Position numbers and translations under genes: made by a program
From: Planctomycetota bacterium
Lineage (GTDB): Bacteria > Planctomycetota > JAJSAM01 > JAJVHW01
Direction: 5' to 3'
DNA: 64,000 nucleotides
Assembly (NCBI GenBank): GCA_965248445.1
Contig: CBDFJG010000001.1
Location: 1-64,000, forward strand
Shown: positions 18,458-28,043 of the stretch, in pieces
Layout: every line of letters begins with the position of its first letter
Numbering within the stretch: position 1 is the first letter of the stretch
Notes under the pieces: generated by a model
What the model was told of the DNA's origin: nothing
Databases searched by the model: none
What the model saw: only the letters and a program-made list of their open reading frames with translations

Positions 18458-19714
18458 ATGTCTCCTGAGCTGCGGGCACCGGTGATTGCGGCTGCGTTGT
18501 GCCTGTTCTGCCTTCTGGTAGCGAGTGCCACGGCCCACGATAGGGAGGTTGTTGAGGGGCTGCCCGCGGAGGAACTGGCGGCGCTCAATCGCTTGGTGGA
18601 GTGGGCGCCAAGGCATCGGCGCTCGACACTTACTGAAGAGGTGTCTGCGGAACTGGCCTCGTTACTCCGTGAAGCGTCCACCTCAACGCTTACGGGCGCG
18701 CACCATGTGCCGGTAGTCCGAACGCTCAAGGACCCGGCGCAGACTCATGTTCTGCGGCTTACACAGGCAGAGTTGTTCTCAAGACGTTGGCCAGAGTTGG
18801 GTCCGGGCGCGACGAACGCCGGGTACTTGATCGCGTCAACAAGAACCCGGGATGTCATCCAAGGCATCGCCACGATCCGTACCTGCGAGGACCGAGCGTG
18901 CGCGGTGCGGGTACTGATGCATCTTGCCGGCGACTCGCGCCCATTGGTTCGTCTACTTGCTGGACGGGAGGCCGGAGTGATGGCCTCGGTTGGAGGCGTG
19001 CGCAGCGATGCCCTGACATCGGTTGCCAAGGATCTTGTCGCGGATCGAGATCCCGGAGTTGCCTTTGGGTTCGCACAGTGGGGTGCTGCGGGCTTCGAGT
19101 CCGCGCAGGTGATAGACCGGATGGTGCTGCGGCTGGCGGACAAGCGGGCAGTGGATGACAACATCGATCCGATCACCGCTAGGTCTTCACTTGATACGGT
19201 TGGTGCAGGAGTACTAGAGGCTCTACGAGCTGAGTTCGTAGTGCGCAGGGTGGCCTTCGCGGACGAACGCCCGGCGGCGCTCACCGATGGCGCGACTCAG
19301 CTTGCGGCTTGGTGGAAGGAGAGAAAGCACTCGTGGTCGGCGGGCCCCATGGATGACGGCTGGATCAAGGTGATTGACCGGCGAGTTCGCGTCACAGATG
19401 CGTCTCCAGTTCGAGTCGAAGGCGAGAGTGGCTCGGGCGGTGTCTGGATCAAGCTGGAGGGCTACGCGGAGGCGTGCACCGCCTCGTTCGTCGCCCAGAA
19501 CGGAGTGCTCGTTGTGAGCGAGGATAAAGAGTGTGATGCGGTTCTGACTCGCTTGCGGTTCCTCGGTGCGCCGACAGGAACCAGGGTGTTCGCCGGAGGA
19601 GCGAACGGTGTGCCGGAGTCCGGAGCGCGATGGGCAGTCGTTGGTAGCGCCGCCCAGATCGGTCCTCCCAAGGAAGGTGTGACCGTGCGCATTCGGCTCT
19701 GGCGGAGAGGCTAG
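18458..19714 (+). CDS. Secreted HEAT-like protein B1 (paralog of 25285-26544)
   Basis: Signal peptide ending ATA-HD; HLAGDSRPLVR and LVADRDPGVA HEAT-like motifs. Confidence 0.85.
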   Translation: MSPELRAPVIAAALCLFCLLVASATAHDREVVEGLPAEELAALNRLVEWAPRHRRSTLTEEVSAELASLLREASTSTLTGAHHVPVVRTLKDPAQTHVLRLTQAELFSRRWPELGPGATNAGYLIASTRTRDVIQGIATIRTCEDRACAVRVLMHLAGDSRPLVRLLAGREAGVMASVGGVRSDALTSVAKDLVADRDPGVAFGFAQWGAAGFESAQVIDRMVLRLADKRAVDDNIDPITARSSLDTVGAGVLEALRAEFVVRRVAFADERPAALTDGATQLAAWWKERKHSWSAGPMDDGWIKVIDRRVRVTDASPVRVEGESGSGGVWIKLEGYAEACTASFVAQNGVLVVSEDKECDAVLTRLRFLGAPTGTRVFAGGANGVPESGARWAVVGSAAQIGPPKEGVTVRIRLWRRG

Positions 19715-21208
19715 CCCGAATCGTTCACCAGCCGGGAATCTGAGCGGGCCGTCGTCTGTCTAAGTGCTCGTACTCGCTAGTACTTGCACCGACAGGAGCG
19801 CCGGCCCGATGACGACAGACTGTAGCCCGCAGGGGACCCTCTTCGCGGGCATCTGTGGACGCACCGCGGTGACGCGCTTCGACGCCGGTACCGTGACGAG
19901 CGACGGGGGCGTGCTGCTGCTCGAGCGGACCGATCGTCGCATCGATCTGCTCTCGCGGTTTGCGCGCTGCTTCGGGGACCACCGGGACCCGCGTCGGGTC
20001 GAGCACACGGTCGGCCAGATGCTGCGTCAGCGGGTCTTCGGGCTGTGCGCGGGCTACGAGGATCTGGTGGACCACGACCATGTCGGCAAGGACCCGCTGT
20101 TTGCCGCGGCGTGCGGCAAGCGCGAGGGTGCTCTGGCCACGCACCCGACGCTCTCGCGGCTCGAGACCACGCAGCTCGGCGCCACGGCACAGACGCGCTA
20201 CGCCAAGATCGAGATGGACCAGGAGCGCGTGGACAGCGTGCTCAGCGACGTCTTCTGCGAGGCCATGGGGCCGGAGGATCCGGGCCTGCTCGTGCTGGAC
20301 CTGGACCACTCCGACGTGCGGCTGCACGGCCGGCAGGAGGGCCGCTTCTTCCACGGCTACTACGGGCACTACTGCTACCTGCCGCTGTACGTCTTCTGCG
20401 GCGAGCACCTCTTGCTCGCTCGGCTCCAGACCGCTGACAGAGATCCCGCGCGCGGAGTCGTGGACGAGCTCCGTGCGCTGGTCTTACGTCTGCGGCGCCG
20501 CTGGCCCCGGGCCAAGGTGCTCGTGCGCGCAGACTCGGGCTTTTGCCGCGAGGAGCTGATGGCCTGGTGCGAGGCCGCCGGCCACTTCTACCTGCTGGGC
20601 ATGGCGCGCAATGAGCGCCTTGAGCGACACGTCGAAGACGCGCTCGATGAGGCCGCAGCCCGTGCCGTGCAGACCGGCCGAGCAGCCCGGGTCTTTCGCG
20701 ACTTTGCCTGGACCACGCTGGGGAGCTGGAGCCAGAGGCGTCGCGTGGTCGCCAAGGCCGAGCACCTGCCGGGCGGCAAGCGCAATCCCCGCTTCGTGGT
20801 GACCAATCTGCCGCCTCGTAGCTGGAGCAGCAAGCGTCTCTACGAGCAGCTCTACTGCGCCCGGGGCGAGGCGGAGAATCGCATCAAGGAGCAGCAGCTC
20901 GAGCTCTTCGGCACCCGTCTGTCGGTGCACACGATGCAGGGCAACGCCGTGCGGATGGCCATGTCGGCCATGGCCTACGTCCTGACCTGTGCGCTGCGAC
21001 GCATCGGTCTCGCCGGCACCGAGATGGCGCGTGCGCAAGCCGGCACGATCCGCCTGCGGCTGCTCAAGATCGGCGCGCTCGTGCGGATCACGACGCGCCG
21101 GATCTGGGTCTCGATGTCCTCGTCGTGGCCCTGGCAGCACGTCTTCGAGCGCTGCGCGCAACGACTGCTGGCATCCCCGAAGCCGACCTGACGTCCCGCC
21201 GCGCCGTC
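19715..21208 (+). mobile_element. IS1380-family element type 1, copy 1 (right end lost)
   Basis: Left IR CCCGAATCGTTCAC after CTAG; matches the other copies until 21208, where an IS66 starts. Confidence 0.95.
19809..21191 (+). CDS. IS1380-family DDE transposase
   Basis: AGGAG RBS; TSDGG, LDLD, HGRQEGRFFHGYY, VRADSGF and RGEAENRIKE motifs. Confidence 0.95.
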   Translation: MTTDCSPQGTLFAGICGRTAVTRFDAGTVTSDGGVLLLERTDRRIDLLSRFARCFGDHRDPRRVEHTVGQMLRQRVFGLCAGYEDLVDHDHVGKDPLFAAACGKREGALATHPTLSRLETTQLGATAQTRYAKIEMDQERVDSVLSDVFCEAMGPEDPGLLVLDLDHSDVRLHGRQEGRFFHGYYGHYCYLPLYVFCGEHLLLARLQTADRDPARGVVDELRALVLRLRRRWPRAKVLVRADSGFCREELMAWCEAAGHFYLLGMARNERLERHVEDALDEAAARAVQTGRAARVFRDFAWTTLGSWSQRRRVVAKAEHLPGGKRNPRFVVTNLPPRSWSSKRLYEQLYCARGEAENRIKEQQLELFGTRLSVHTMQGNAVRMAMSAMAYVLTCALRRIGLAGTEMARAQAGTIRLRLLKIGALVRITTRRIWVSMSSSWPWQHVFERCAQRLLASPKPT

Positions 21209-22740
21209 GTACCCGTTCAGCCCTTGGTTCTGAGCTCGGATCCAGATCGCTTTCCGTTCGGTCGATGAATCGGATGTGGGCACCGATGAGCTGCGTGATC
21301 TGGTCGAGCGCCTGACCCGTCGTCTGGACGCTCGGGACGAGACGATTGCCGAGCAGGCGGAGGTGATCGAGCGGCAGGCGGCACGGATCGACGATCTCGA
21401 GAGCCGTCTTCGCCGGGACTCCCGCACCTCCTCGCGCCCACCGTCCTCGGATCCGTCGTGGTCCAAGAAGCGGCGGCGGCGCAAGCCGCCGTCGGACAAG
21501 CGCCAGGGTGCGCAGCCCGGCCACAAAGGGGCGACGCGCAAGCTCGTGGACGAGTCCGAGGTCGATGGCGTAGAGGACCACCGCCCGCGCGAGTGCAGCG
21601 CGTGTGGGAGCGACGTGCTCGTCCCGATCGATCGCGCCCCGACACGCCAGCAGGTCTTCGAGGTCCCGCCACGGCTGATCCAGGTGACCGAGCACCGGTT
21701 GCACCGGGCACGGTGCACGGACTGTGGCGCCACGTCCACTGCCTCGCTGCCAAGCGGTGTGACGGCGAGTCCCTTCGGCCCGCGACTCTGTGCGCTCACC
21801 GCGGCTCTGGTCGGCGTCTTCCGCCTGTCGCGGCGCGAGACCAGTCGTCTGTTGCGTGACGTCATCGGCGTCTCGATGTCACCGGGCACGGTCAGTGCGA
21901 TCGAGGAGCGGGTGTCGGGAGCCATCTCCTCAGCGCACATCGAGGCCCTCGGGGCCGTACGCACGAGCAGCGTCGCCTATGTAGACGAGACACCGTGGTC
22001 GCGTCGTGGCACGCTGCATTGGCTGTGGAGCGCGGTCTGTGAGCACGCCACGGTCCATCGTATCGATCGGCGCAGGAGCGCCAAGGCCATGCGGCGACTC
22101 GTGGGCAAGCGCTTCAGGGGCGTCCTCGTGACCGACCGTATGGGCGCTTACGACCAGCATCCCACCGAGCGCCGCCAGATCTGCTGGGCGCATCTCGAGA
22201 GGGACTTTCGAGCGCTGGCCGAGGGCTCGCGCGGCGGCCGGCGCTTCGGCAAGCAGGCCGTGCGTCTCGCCCAGGCTGTCATGCGAGCTCAGCGTCACTT
22301 CGGCGAGCACGGGGACCGCGACCGCATGCGGCGTGAGCTGCGTCTCACATGGGACCGACTCCTGACGCTGCTCGTGCGCGGCGCAGACAGCAAGCACCGC
22401 CGAGTACGCGGAACGACTCGGCATCTGCTCGACCGAGCGGAGGCTCTGTGGACCTTCGCCGACGTCCCTGGCGTCTCCCCGACGAACAACGCCGCTGAGC
22501 GCGCGGTGCGCAAGCCGGTCCTGTGGAGACGCGCAACGCACGGAAGTCAGAGCGAGCGCGGACTCCGCTTCGTCGAGCGCATCCTGACCGTCACCGCCAC
22601 GCTCCGCCAGCGTGGCGAGAGCGTCTTCGATTACCTCGCAGACGTCAGCGCGGCACTCGCGCACAACCGCTCGCCGCCGGCTCTCGTCGCGCTCCCGATC
22701 ACGCGCTGAGGCCGCGGATCGTCATACCCTGAACGGGTAC
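21209..22740 (+). mobile_element. IS66-family element (single-ORF, ISBst12-like) copy a
   Basis: Terminal IR GTACCCGTTCAG/CTGAACGGGTAC; one transposase ORF. Confidence 0.9.
21276..22709 (+). CDS. IS66-family transposase
   Basis: DSRTSSRPPSSD, GAQPGHKG, CxxC zinc ribbon, VDET, QICWAHLER and PTNNAAER motifs. Confidence 0.95.
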   Translation: MGTDELRDLVERLTRRLDARDETIAEQAEVIERQAARIDDLESRLRRDSRTSSRPPSSDPSWSKKRRRRKPPSDKRQGAQPGHKGATRKLVDESEVDGVEDHRPRECSACGSDVLVPIDRAPTRQQVFEVPPRLIQVTEHRLHRARCTDCGATSTASLPSGVTASPFGPRLCALTAALVGVFRLSRRETSRLLRDVIGVSMSPGTVSAIEERVSGAISSAHIEALGAVRTSSVAYVDETPWSRRGTLHWLWSAVCEHATVHRIDRRRSAKAMRRLVGKRFRGVLVTDRMGAYDQHPTERRQICWAHLERDFRALAEGSRGGRRFGKQAVRLAQAVMRAQRHFGEHGDRDRMRRELRLTWDRLLTLLVRGADSKHRRVRGTTRHLLDRAEALWTFADVPGVSPTNNAAERAVRKPVLWRRATHGSQSERGLRFVERILTVTATLRQRGESVFDYLADVSAALAHNRSPPALVALPITR

Positions 22741-22997
22741 CGGTCGGAGACGCCTACGACAACGCCATGTGCGAGAGCTTCTTCGCCACGCTCGAGACCG
22801 AGTTGATCGACCGCACCAGCTTTTCGACCAAGTCCGCAGCGCGGTTGGCGGTGTTCGACTTCATCGAGGGCTTCTACAATCCGCAGCGGCGACACTCCTC
22901 CATCGAGGACCTGTCGCCCATCGAGTTCGAGAGGCGGCGACGGCCGGAGGCCGCCGTATCATAGTCCCCGGGTGTCCACCGAACCGGGGGAACTCCA
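22741..22997 (+). mobile_element. IS3-family 3' remnant
   Basis: GDAYDNAMCESFFATLETE...FYNPQRRHSSI; right IR GTCCACCGAACCGGGGGAACTCCA. Confidence 0.9.
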
Positions 22998-23086
22998 CAA
23001 CTCGATGCGGGTCACGCGGCCGTAGTAGTTCGTTCGCGGGAACGACTCGACCCGGAGGTCGCTTTGGTAGGCCTCCATGTCACTAG

Positions 23087-24755
23087 CCGCATCTGTTCAC
23101 GAGACGTCGCGATGACGGTGCTTTCGGAGTCCACAGGGTCAGATCTTGGCCAGGCGAGGGCGGATGCTGTCGTCGTTGCCACAAGGGCAACGCGAGTGAG
23201 CGGCCGAAACGGCGCGGATTCTGCGGTGTGGGCAGACCGTAGGCCGGGCGGTGGTGTGGCGGACGGCGCGGCGGGACGTCAGGTCGGCTTCGGGGATGCC
23301 AGCAGTCGTTGCGCGCAGCGCTCGAAGACGTGCTGCCAGGGCCACGACGAGGACATCGAGACCCAGATCCGGCGCGTCGTGATCCGCACGAGCGCGCCGA
23401 TCTTGAGCAGCCGCAGGCGGATCGTGCCGGCTTGCGCACGCGCCATCTCGGTGCCGGCGAGACCGATGCGTCGCAGCGCACAGGTCAGGACGTAGGCCAT
23501 GGCCGACATGGCCATCCGCACGGCGTTGCCCTGCATCGTGTGCACCGACAGACGGGTGCCGAAGAGCTCGAGCTGCTGCTCCTTGATGCGATTCTCCGCC
23601 TCGCCCCGGGCGCAGTAGAGCTGCTCGTAGAGACGCTTGCTGCTCCAGCTACGAGGCGGCAGATTGGTCACCACGAAGCGGGGATTGCGCTTGCCGCCCG
23701 GCAGGTGCTCGGCCTTGGCGACCACGCGACGCCTCTGGCTCCAGCTCCCCAGCGTGGTCCAGGCAAAGTCGCGAAAGACCCGGGCTGCTCGGCCGGTCTG
23801 CACGGCACGGGCTGCGGCCTCATCGAGCGCGTCTTCGACGTGTCGCTCAAGGCGCTCATTGCGCGCCATGCCCAGCAGGTAGAAGTGGCCGGCGGCCTCG
23901 CACCAGGCCATCAGCTCCTCGCGGCAAAAGCCCGAGTCTGCGCGCACGAGCACCTTGGCCCGGGGCCAGCGGCGCCGCAGACGTAAGACCAGCGCACGGA
24001 GCTCGTCCACGACTCCGCGCGCGGGATCTCTGTCAGCGGTCTGGAGCCGAGCGAGCAAGAGGTGCTCGCCGCAGAAGACGTACAGCGGCAGGTAGCAGTA
24101 GTGCCCGTAGTAGCCGTGGAAGAAGCGGCCCTCCTGCCGGCCGTGCAGCCGCACGTCGGAGTGGTCCAGGTCCAGCACGAGCAGGCCCGGATCCTCCGGC
24201 CCCATGGCCTCGCAGAAGACGTCGCTGAGCACGCTGTCCACGCGCTCCTGGTCCATCTCGATCTTGGCGTAGCGCGTCTGTGCCGTGGCGCCGAGCTGCG
24301 TGGTCTCGAGCCGCGAGAGCGTCGGGTGCGTGGCCAGAGCACCCTCGCGCTTGCCGCACGCCGCGGCAAACAGCGGGTCCTTGCCGACATGGTCGTGGTC
24401 CACCAGATCCTCGTAGCCCGCGCACAGCCCGAAGACCCGCTGACGCAGCATCTGGCCGACCGTGTGCTCGACCCGACGCGGGTCCCGGTGGTCCCCGAAG
24501 CAGCGCGCAAACCGCGAGAGCAGATCGATGCGACGATCGGTCCGCTCGAGCAGCAGCACGCCCCCGTCGCTCGTCACGGTACCGGCGTCGAAGCGCGTCA
24601 CCGCGGTGCGTCCACAGATGCCCGCGAAGAGGGTCCCCTGCGGGCTACAGTCTGTCGTCATCGGGCCGGCGCTCCTGTCGGTGCAAGTACTAGCGAGTAC
24701 GAGCACTTAGACAGACGACGGCCCGCTCAGATTCCCGGCTGGTGAACGATTCGGG
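23087..24755 (-). mobile_element. IS1380 type 1, copy 2 (complete, 1669 bp)
   Basis: Both IRs present; CTAG at 23083-23086 and 24756-24759. Confidence 0.95.
23279..24661 (-). CDS. IS1380-family transposase
   Basis: Protein identical to copy 1. Confidence 0.95.
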   Translation of the reverse strand: MTTDCSPQGTLFAGICGRTAVTRFDAGTVTSDGGVLLLERTDRRIDLLSRFARCFGDHRDPRRVEHTVGQMLRQRVFGLCAGYEDLVDHDHVGKDPLFAAACGKREGALATHPTLSRLETTQLGATAQTRYAKIEMDQERVDSVLSDVFCEAMGPEDPGLLVLDLDHSDVRLHGRQEGRFFHGYYGHYCYLPLYVFCGEHLLLARLQTADRDPARGVVDELRALVLRLRRRWPRAKVLVRADSGFCREELMAWCEAAGHFYLLGMARNERLERHVEDALDEAAARAVQTGRAARVFRDFAWTTLGSWSQRRRVVAKAEHLPGGKRNPRFVVTNLPPRSWSSKRLYEQLYCARGEAENRIKEQQLELFGTRLSVHTMQGNAVRMAMSAMAYVLTCALRRIGLAGTEMARAQAGTIRLRLLKIGALVRITTRRIWVSMSSSWPWQHVFERCAQRLLASPKPT

Positions 24756-25284
24756 CTAGCCGCTATGGCGTCCTCTGTGGTGGCCCAGTCGAACCAGGGG
24801 GTGGGCCGGACCGTACCAGCCGTCCCCTTGAGCCGCACTGGCCACGCGCCAGCCGTCGCCTTGATGTGCCACTCCGGCCACCCCACCATCGCCACCAGGA
24901 AGACGAGCACGCCTGCCTGCATGATGGTGCGCGCCGAACGCCATGTGAACCGCCGGGGACGACGTGGGTCCATGCTCGTGATGAACCTGTCGAGCGCACG
25001 CCGGGTTCGACCAGATCGCCTCTCAGTCCCCTGCCCAGCGATCACGTCGAGGGAGGAGTCGCGATACCAGACGTGGTGCGACCAGTGGGAGCCCTGGCGA
25101 CGTACGGCAGGCAACCCATCGGGGCTCCCCACGTTCGCCGACCGGGCGAGAACTCTGATCGTTCTCCTTGAAGACCGTCCAGGCCTTCTTTCCAGTCTGA
25201 GAGATGGCTGGATTCCCGGCCAGGAGTGGGCACCCGACGATCGGCTGCGCGAACGCTAGGGAAGGTCACATGAGCTCGAAGTCG

Positions 25285-26544
25285 CTAGTCGGCTCGTCGC
25301 TTCCAAACCAATGCGCGGACGGTGATCGATTCGCTGCCGCTAGGAATTGCCGCCCAAGCGACCTCCCAGAGCATACCTTGGGAGCCTCCGCCCCAACTCT
25401 GGCGTCCGAGTCGTCCGGGAATGTAATTCATCGCTCGAATTGACTGCGTCTCGATGATCACACCTGACCCCGGGTCGAGCACGCTCAGGTTCAGACTTAG
25501 CGACATCTCCACTTGGTCTTCGGAATGACGGAGTCCTCGAAGCTCAAGCCGTACGGGCAGATCCCGTTTTCGATCGCCACGAGACGTGAGCTTTACCACG
25601 TCATCCTCTGAAGAGAGTCGACACGCTCCGTCCGCGATGAGATCCCAAGAGACCTCGGATGGGTGAAGTGTCCATTCATCGCCGATCGATGATCTGTCCC
25701 ACCAATCTCTCACATCTGCGCGCGTCGCATCGACACCCAGGCTGCTGCCAACATCGTCAACGCGCGCACGTCGAGTCACCGCGTAGGCGACAGCGCGAAC
25801 GGCTCGGTCGCCGACTCGAGCACTCGATCCAGCGAACAGTCCGGATCTAATGAGCGGGCGCAACGCGCGTCGATCCACGCATTGAATCACAGCATGTGTA
25901 ACGCGCCTTCGCGTCATCCCGAGGGGGCCGTGCTGGAGCACAGCATCAGCGACCTCGGGCTGCGCATCATTAAGTACGCGGACAACAACAGAGTCCAATG
26001 ATGGTGAGGGTCGCGCGACGAGAGACACCGCTTGCGCGATCTGAGCGGCTCGCAGCCTCACCTCCGGGCTCGTGTCGCTCGCAAGGTGTACGAGCGCGGG
26101 CTCGATGTGTTCCTCGCCAACGGCGCGTCTCTCAAGGGCTCTCATTGCCATCAGCCGCTCAAGACGCTCGGGAGACGCGACGCCCCAGGCGATCGCGTCC
26201 CCTCCTTCGAAGTGAGTTGACCACTCCCCACCAGCGACGATTGCGCGTATCGTTCGACGTATCGGATCCCCTATGGCGGGCTTGATTCGAAGCGTCGACA
26301 GATGTGAGTCGATGTGAGCGAGCTCTTGACCGGAGAGGCCAGCCAGGAGTTCGCGAGCTCGCGGCAGGTGTTGGTGACCGTAGTCGTCAACTCCGACCTT
26401 TTGTATTTCCTCGGCGCATTGACGAACGCGGTTCCGGACCTCCGAGGCGACCTCACCATCGTGTGCGTGAGTGTCAGCCAGGCCGAGGCCAAGCGTTGCA
26501 ACAACGACGAGACAGGCAACCCCCGCTAACCTGGTGACGCGCAT
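25285..26544 (-). CDS. Secreted HEAT-like protein B2
   Basis: Signal peptide MRVTRLAGVACLVVVATLGLGL..HA-HD; HLASDTSPEVR and LNDAQPEVA; ends TVRALVWKRRAD. Confidence 0.85.
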   Translation of the reverse strand: MRVTRLAGVACLVVVATLGLGLADTHAHDGEVASEVRNRVRQCAEEIQKVGVDDYGHQHLPRARELLAGLSGQELAHIDSHLSTLRIKPAIGDPIRRTIRAIVAGGEWSTHFEGGDAIAWGVASPERLERLMAMRALERRAVGEEHIEPALVHLASDTSPEVRLRAAQIAQAVSLVARPSPSLDSVVVRVLNDAQPEVADAVLQHGPLGMTRRRVTHAVIQCVDRRALRPLIRSGLFAGSSARVGDRAVRAVAYAVTRRARVDDVGSSLGVDATRADVRDWWDRSSIGDEWTLHPSEVSWDLIADGACRLSSEDDVVKLTSRGDRKRDLPVRLELRGLRHSEDQVEMSLSLNLSVLDPGSGVIIETQSIRAMNYIPGRLGRQSWGGGSQGMLWEVAWAAIPSGSESITVRALVWKRRAD

Positions 26545-26548
26545 GTGA

Positions 26549-27820
26549 CTAGTTCTGGATGCTATCGTCGTCGCTAGCATGATAGTTGAATCCGACACCA
26601 ACGTACACCGTGTACGAGTTTGTGCCGGTTGGCGGTGTCTCGTCCACCAGCTCGTACTGCATACCCGCCAACAGCGTGGTCTCCAGTTCATCGACGATTT
26701 CGCCGTCCCCTGCTGAGTCTACTCGTAGCAGGATGGCCCATTCGGCGGGTGCGTCGGACACAGTGAAGTCGATTTCGTTGCCGATAGCCGGAGTATTGAC
26801 TGCGCTATCGAGCGTCACCGTCGCGGAACACTCGAGCTCCGATTCGGGCACCAAAGTCCATGCGAGGAACGTTGCCTCATCATCGACGTCCTCCCACACC
26901 GGATCCTCGCTCAACGTGGTACACAGCGATCGTTCACCGTAGATCGTCTCGGACAGAGGTACAACGACATCGAGCGTTGCGGTGTCGTCTGCATCGACGG
27001 TGCCGGCCCAGCCGTTCGGATGACTCGATGAAGTTATCGAGGAGAACGAGAACGTGCGGTCCAGATCTGTGAAGTTCTGGAGAGTGTATCGGACCGTCCG
27101 CGAGCTGGGCCCGTCAATGACTTCGCTCGTGACCCGAAGAATCGGTTGAGACGCGTCCTCGAACTGCAGTCGGCCGTTCGAGTCCAAGTCCAGGATCGGG
27201 TCGCCGTCGTTGTCGAGGACAAGGTCGTCGTTCGCGTCGCGCTCAAAGGCAACGACGAAGCGACCGGACAGCGTGTCCTCGAGTAGCGACGTTGTGTGCT
27301 CGATTTGCGGAGCCGACTTTGCCCTCAGGTGACCGACCTCCACGTCTTCTAGGAGGACGACGTCTCCTCCGACTGTCATGGCGACGACCGCATCGCAGGG
27401 TTTCGGCGGGCCCTTAAACATCCACGGCCGATCTAGCTCCACAGACGGGGAGAACCTCGGCGGATCGGCGATCATCCTCTTGGTCGTCAGGACGGCTGTA
27501 CCTTCGAGATTCTGCACCGCAACCAGGATGTTCAGCGCATAGGCTGCCTTCATCGGCTTCGTGAGCAGCGGCTCGTTGCGCCCATTAATCTCGTGCGTTT
27601 CGATTATCCCCTCTTTGTCTTCCGGGAAATGGATGGCGTCGAGATGGAAATCTCCCAGTTGTTCAATCCCGTGTTGATCGGGATGCGTAGACTCAACGTA
27701 GACTGTGGAATCGCCAGTCGCCGCCGCCTCGTTGGGATCGTGTGTGTACGCCCAGGTCGTCATGCCCAGGGTGATGGCGAGCGAGCCAAGGAAGATCATC
27801 GGTCGAGTGGTGACGCGCAT
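26549..27820 (-). CDS. Secreted acidic protein A2
   Basis: AAGGAG RBS; signal peptide; ends TNSYTVYVGVG...SDDDSIQN like A1. Confidence 0.85.
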   Translation of the reverse strand: MRVTTRPMIFLGSLAITLGMTTWAYTHDPNEAAATGDSTVYVESTHPDQHGIEQLGDFHLDAIHFPEDKEGIIETHEINGRNEPLLTKPMKAAYALNILVAVQNLEGTAVLTTKRMIADPPRFSPSVELDRPWMFKGPPKPCDAVVAMTVGGDVVLLEDVEVGHLRAKSAPQIEHTTSLLEDTLSGRFVVAFERDANDDLVLDNDGDPILDLDSNGRLQFEDASQPILRVTSEVIDGPSSRTVRYTLQNFTDLDRTFSFSSITSSSHPNGWAGTVDADDTATLDVVVPLSETIYGERSLCTTLSEDPVWEDVDDEATFLAWTLVPESELECSATVTLDSAVNTPAIGNEIDFTVSDAPAEWAILLRVDSAGDGEIVDELETTLLAGMQYELVDETPPTGTNSYTVYVGVGFNYHASDDDSIQN

Positions 27821-28043
27821 GTCTCTTCTCTCCTTCGGGGTGGGTCAGATTTCGTTTCGGCAGATTAGCTGCGGGAGCCGCAGACAGTCAAGTCGCTGCG
27901 TGCGGGCTCCAGCGGCGCGGGCCGCGGGGGGCGGGGGTCACTTCATGACGAACATGGAAGAATGCGCGGACTTGGGCGCGGGCCCCTTGTGGAGCGCCCA
28001 GACCGCCGAGAGCGTCGCGACGAACATCAGCACGAGAACGCTC

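Larger units (their letters stand above)
22998..24973 (-). pseudogene. Membrane-anchored hypothetical gene split by IS1380 and truncated by IS3
   Basis: MDPRRPRRFTW...TM...EDAIAAS continues in frame across the IS (one CTAG removed) as DMEAYQSDLRVESFPRTNYYGRVTRIEL up to the IS3 end. Confidence 0.55.

Noticed and set aside
19715..24755. Composite transposon formed by inverted IS1380 copies
   Set aside because: Copy 2 has its own target duplication inside a split gene, and only IS debris lies between the copies.
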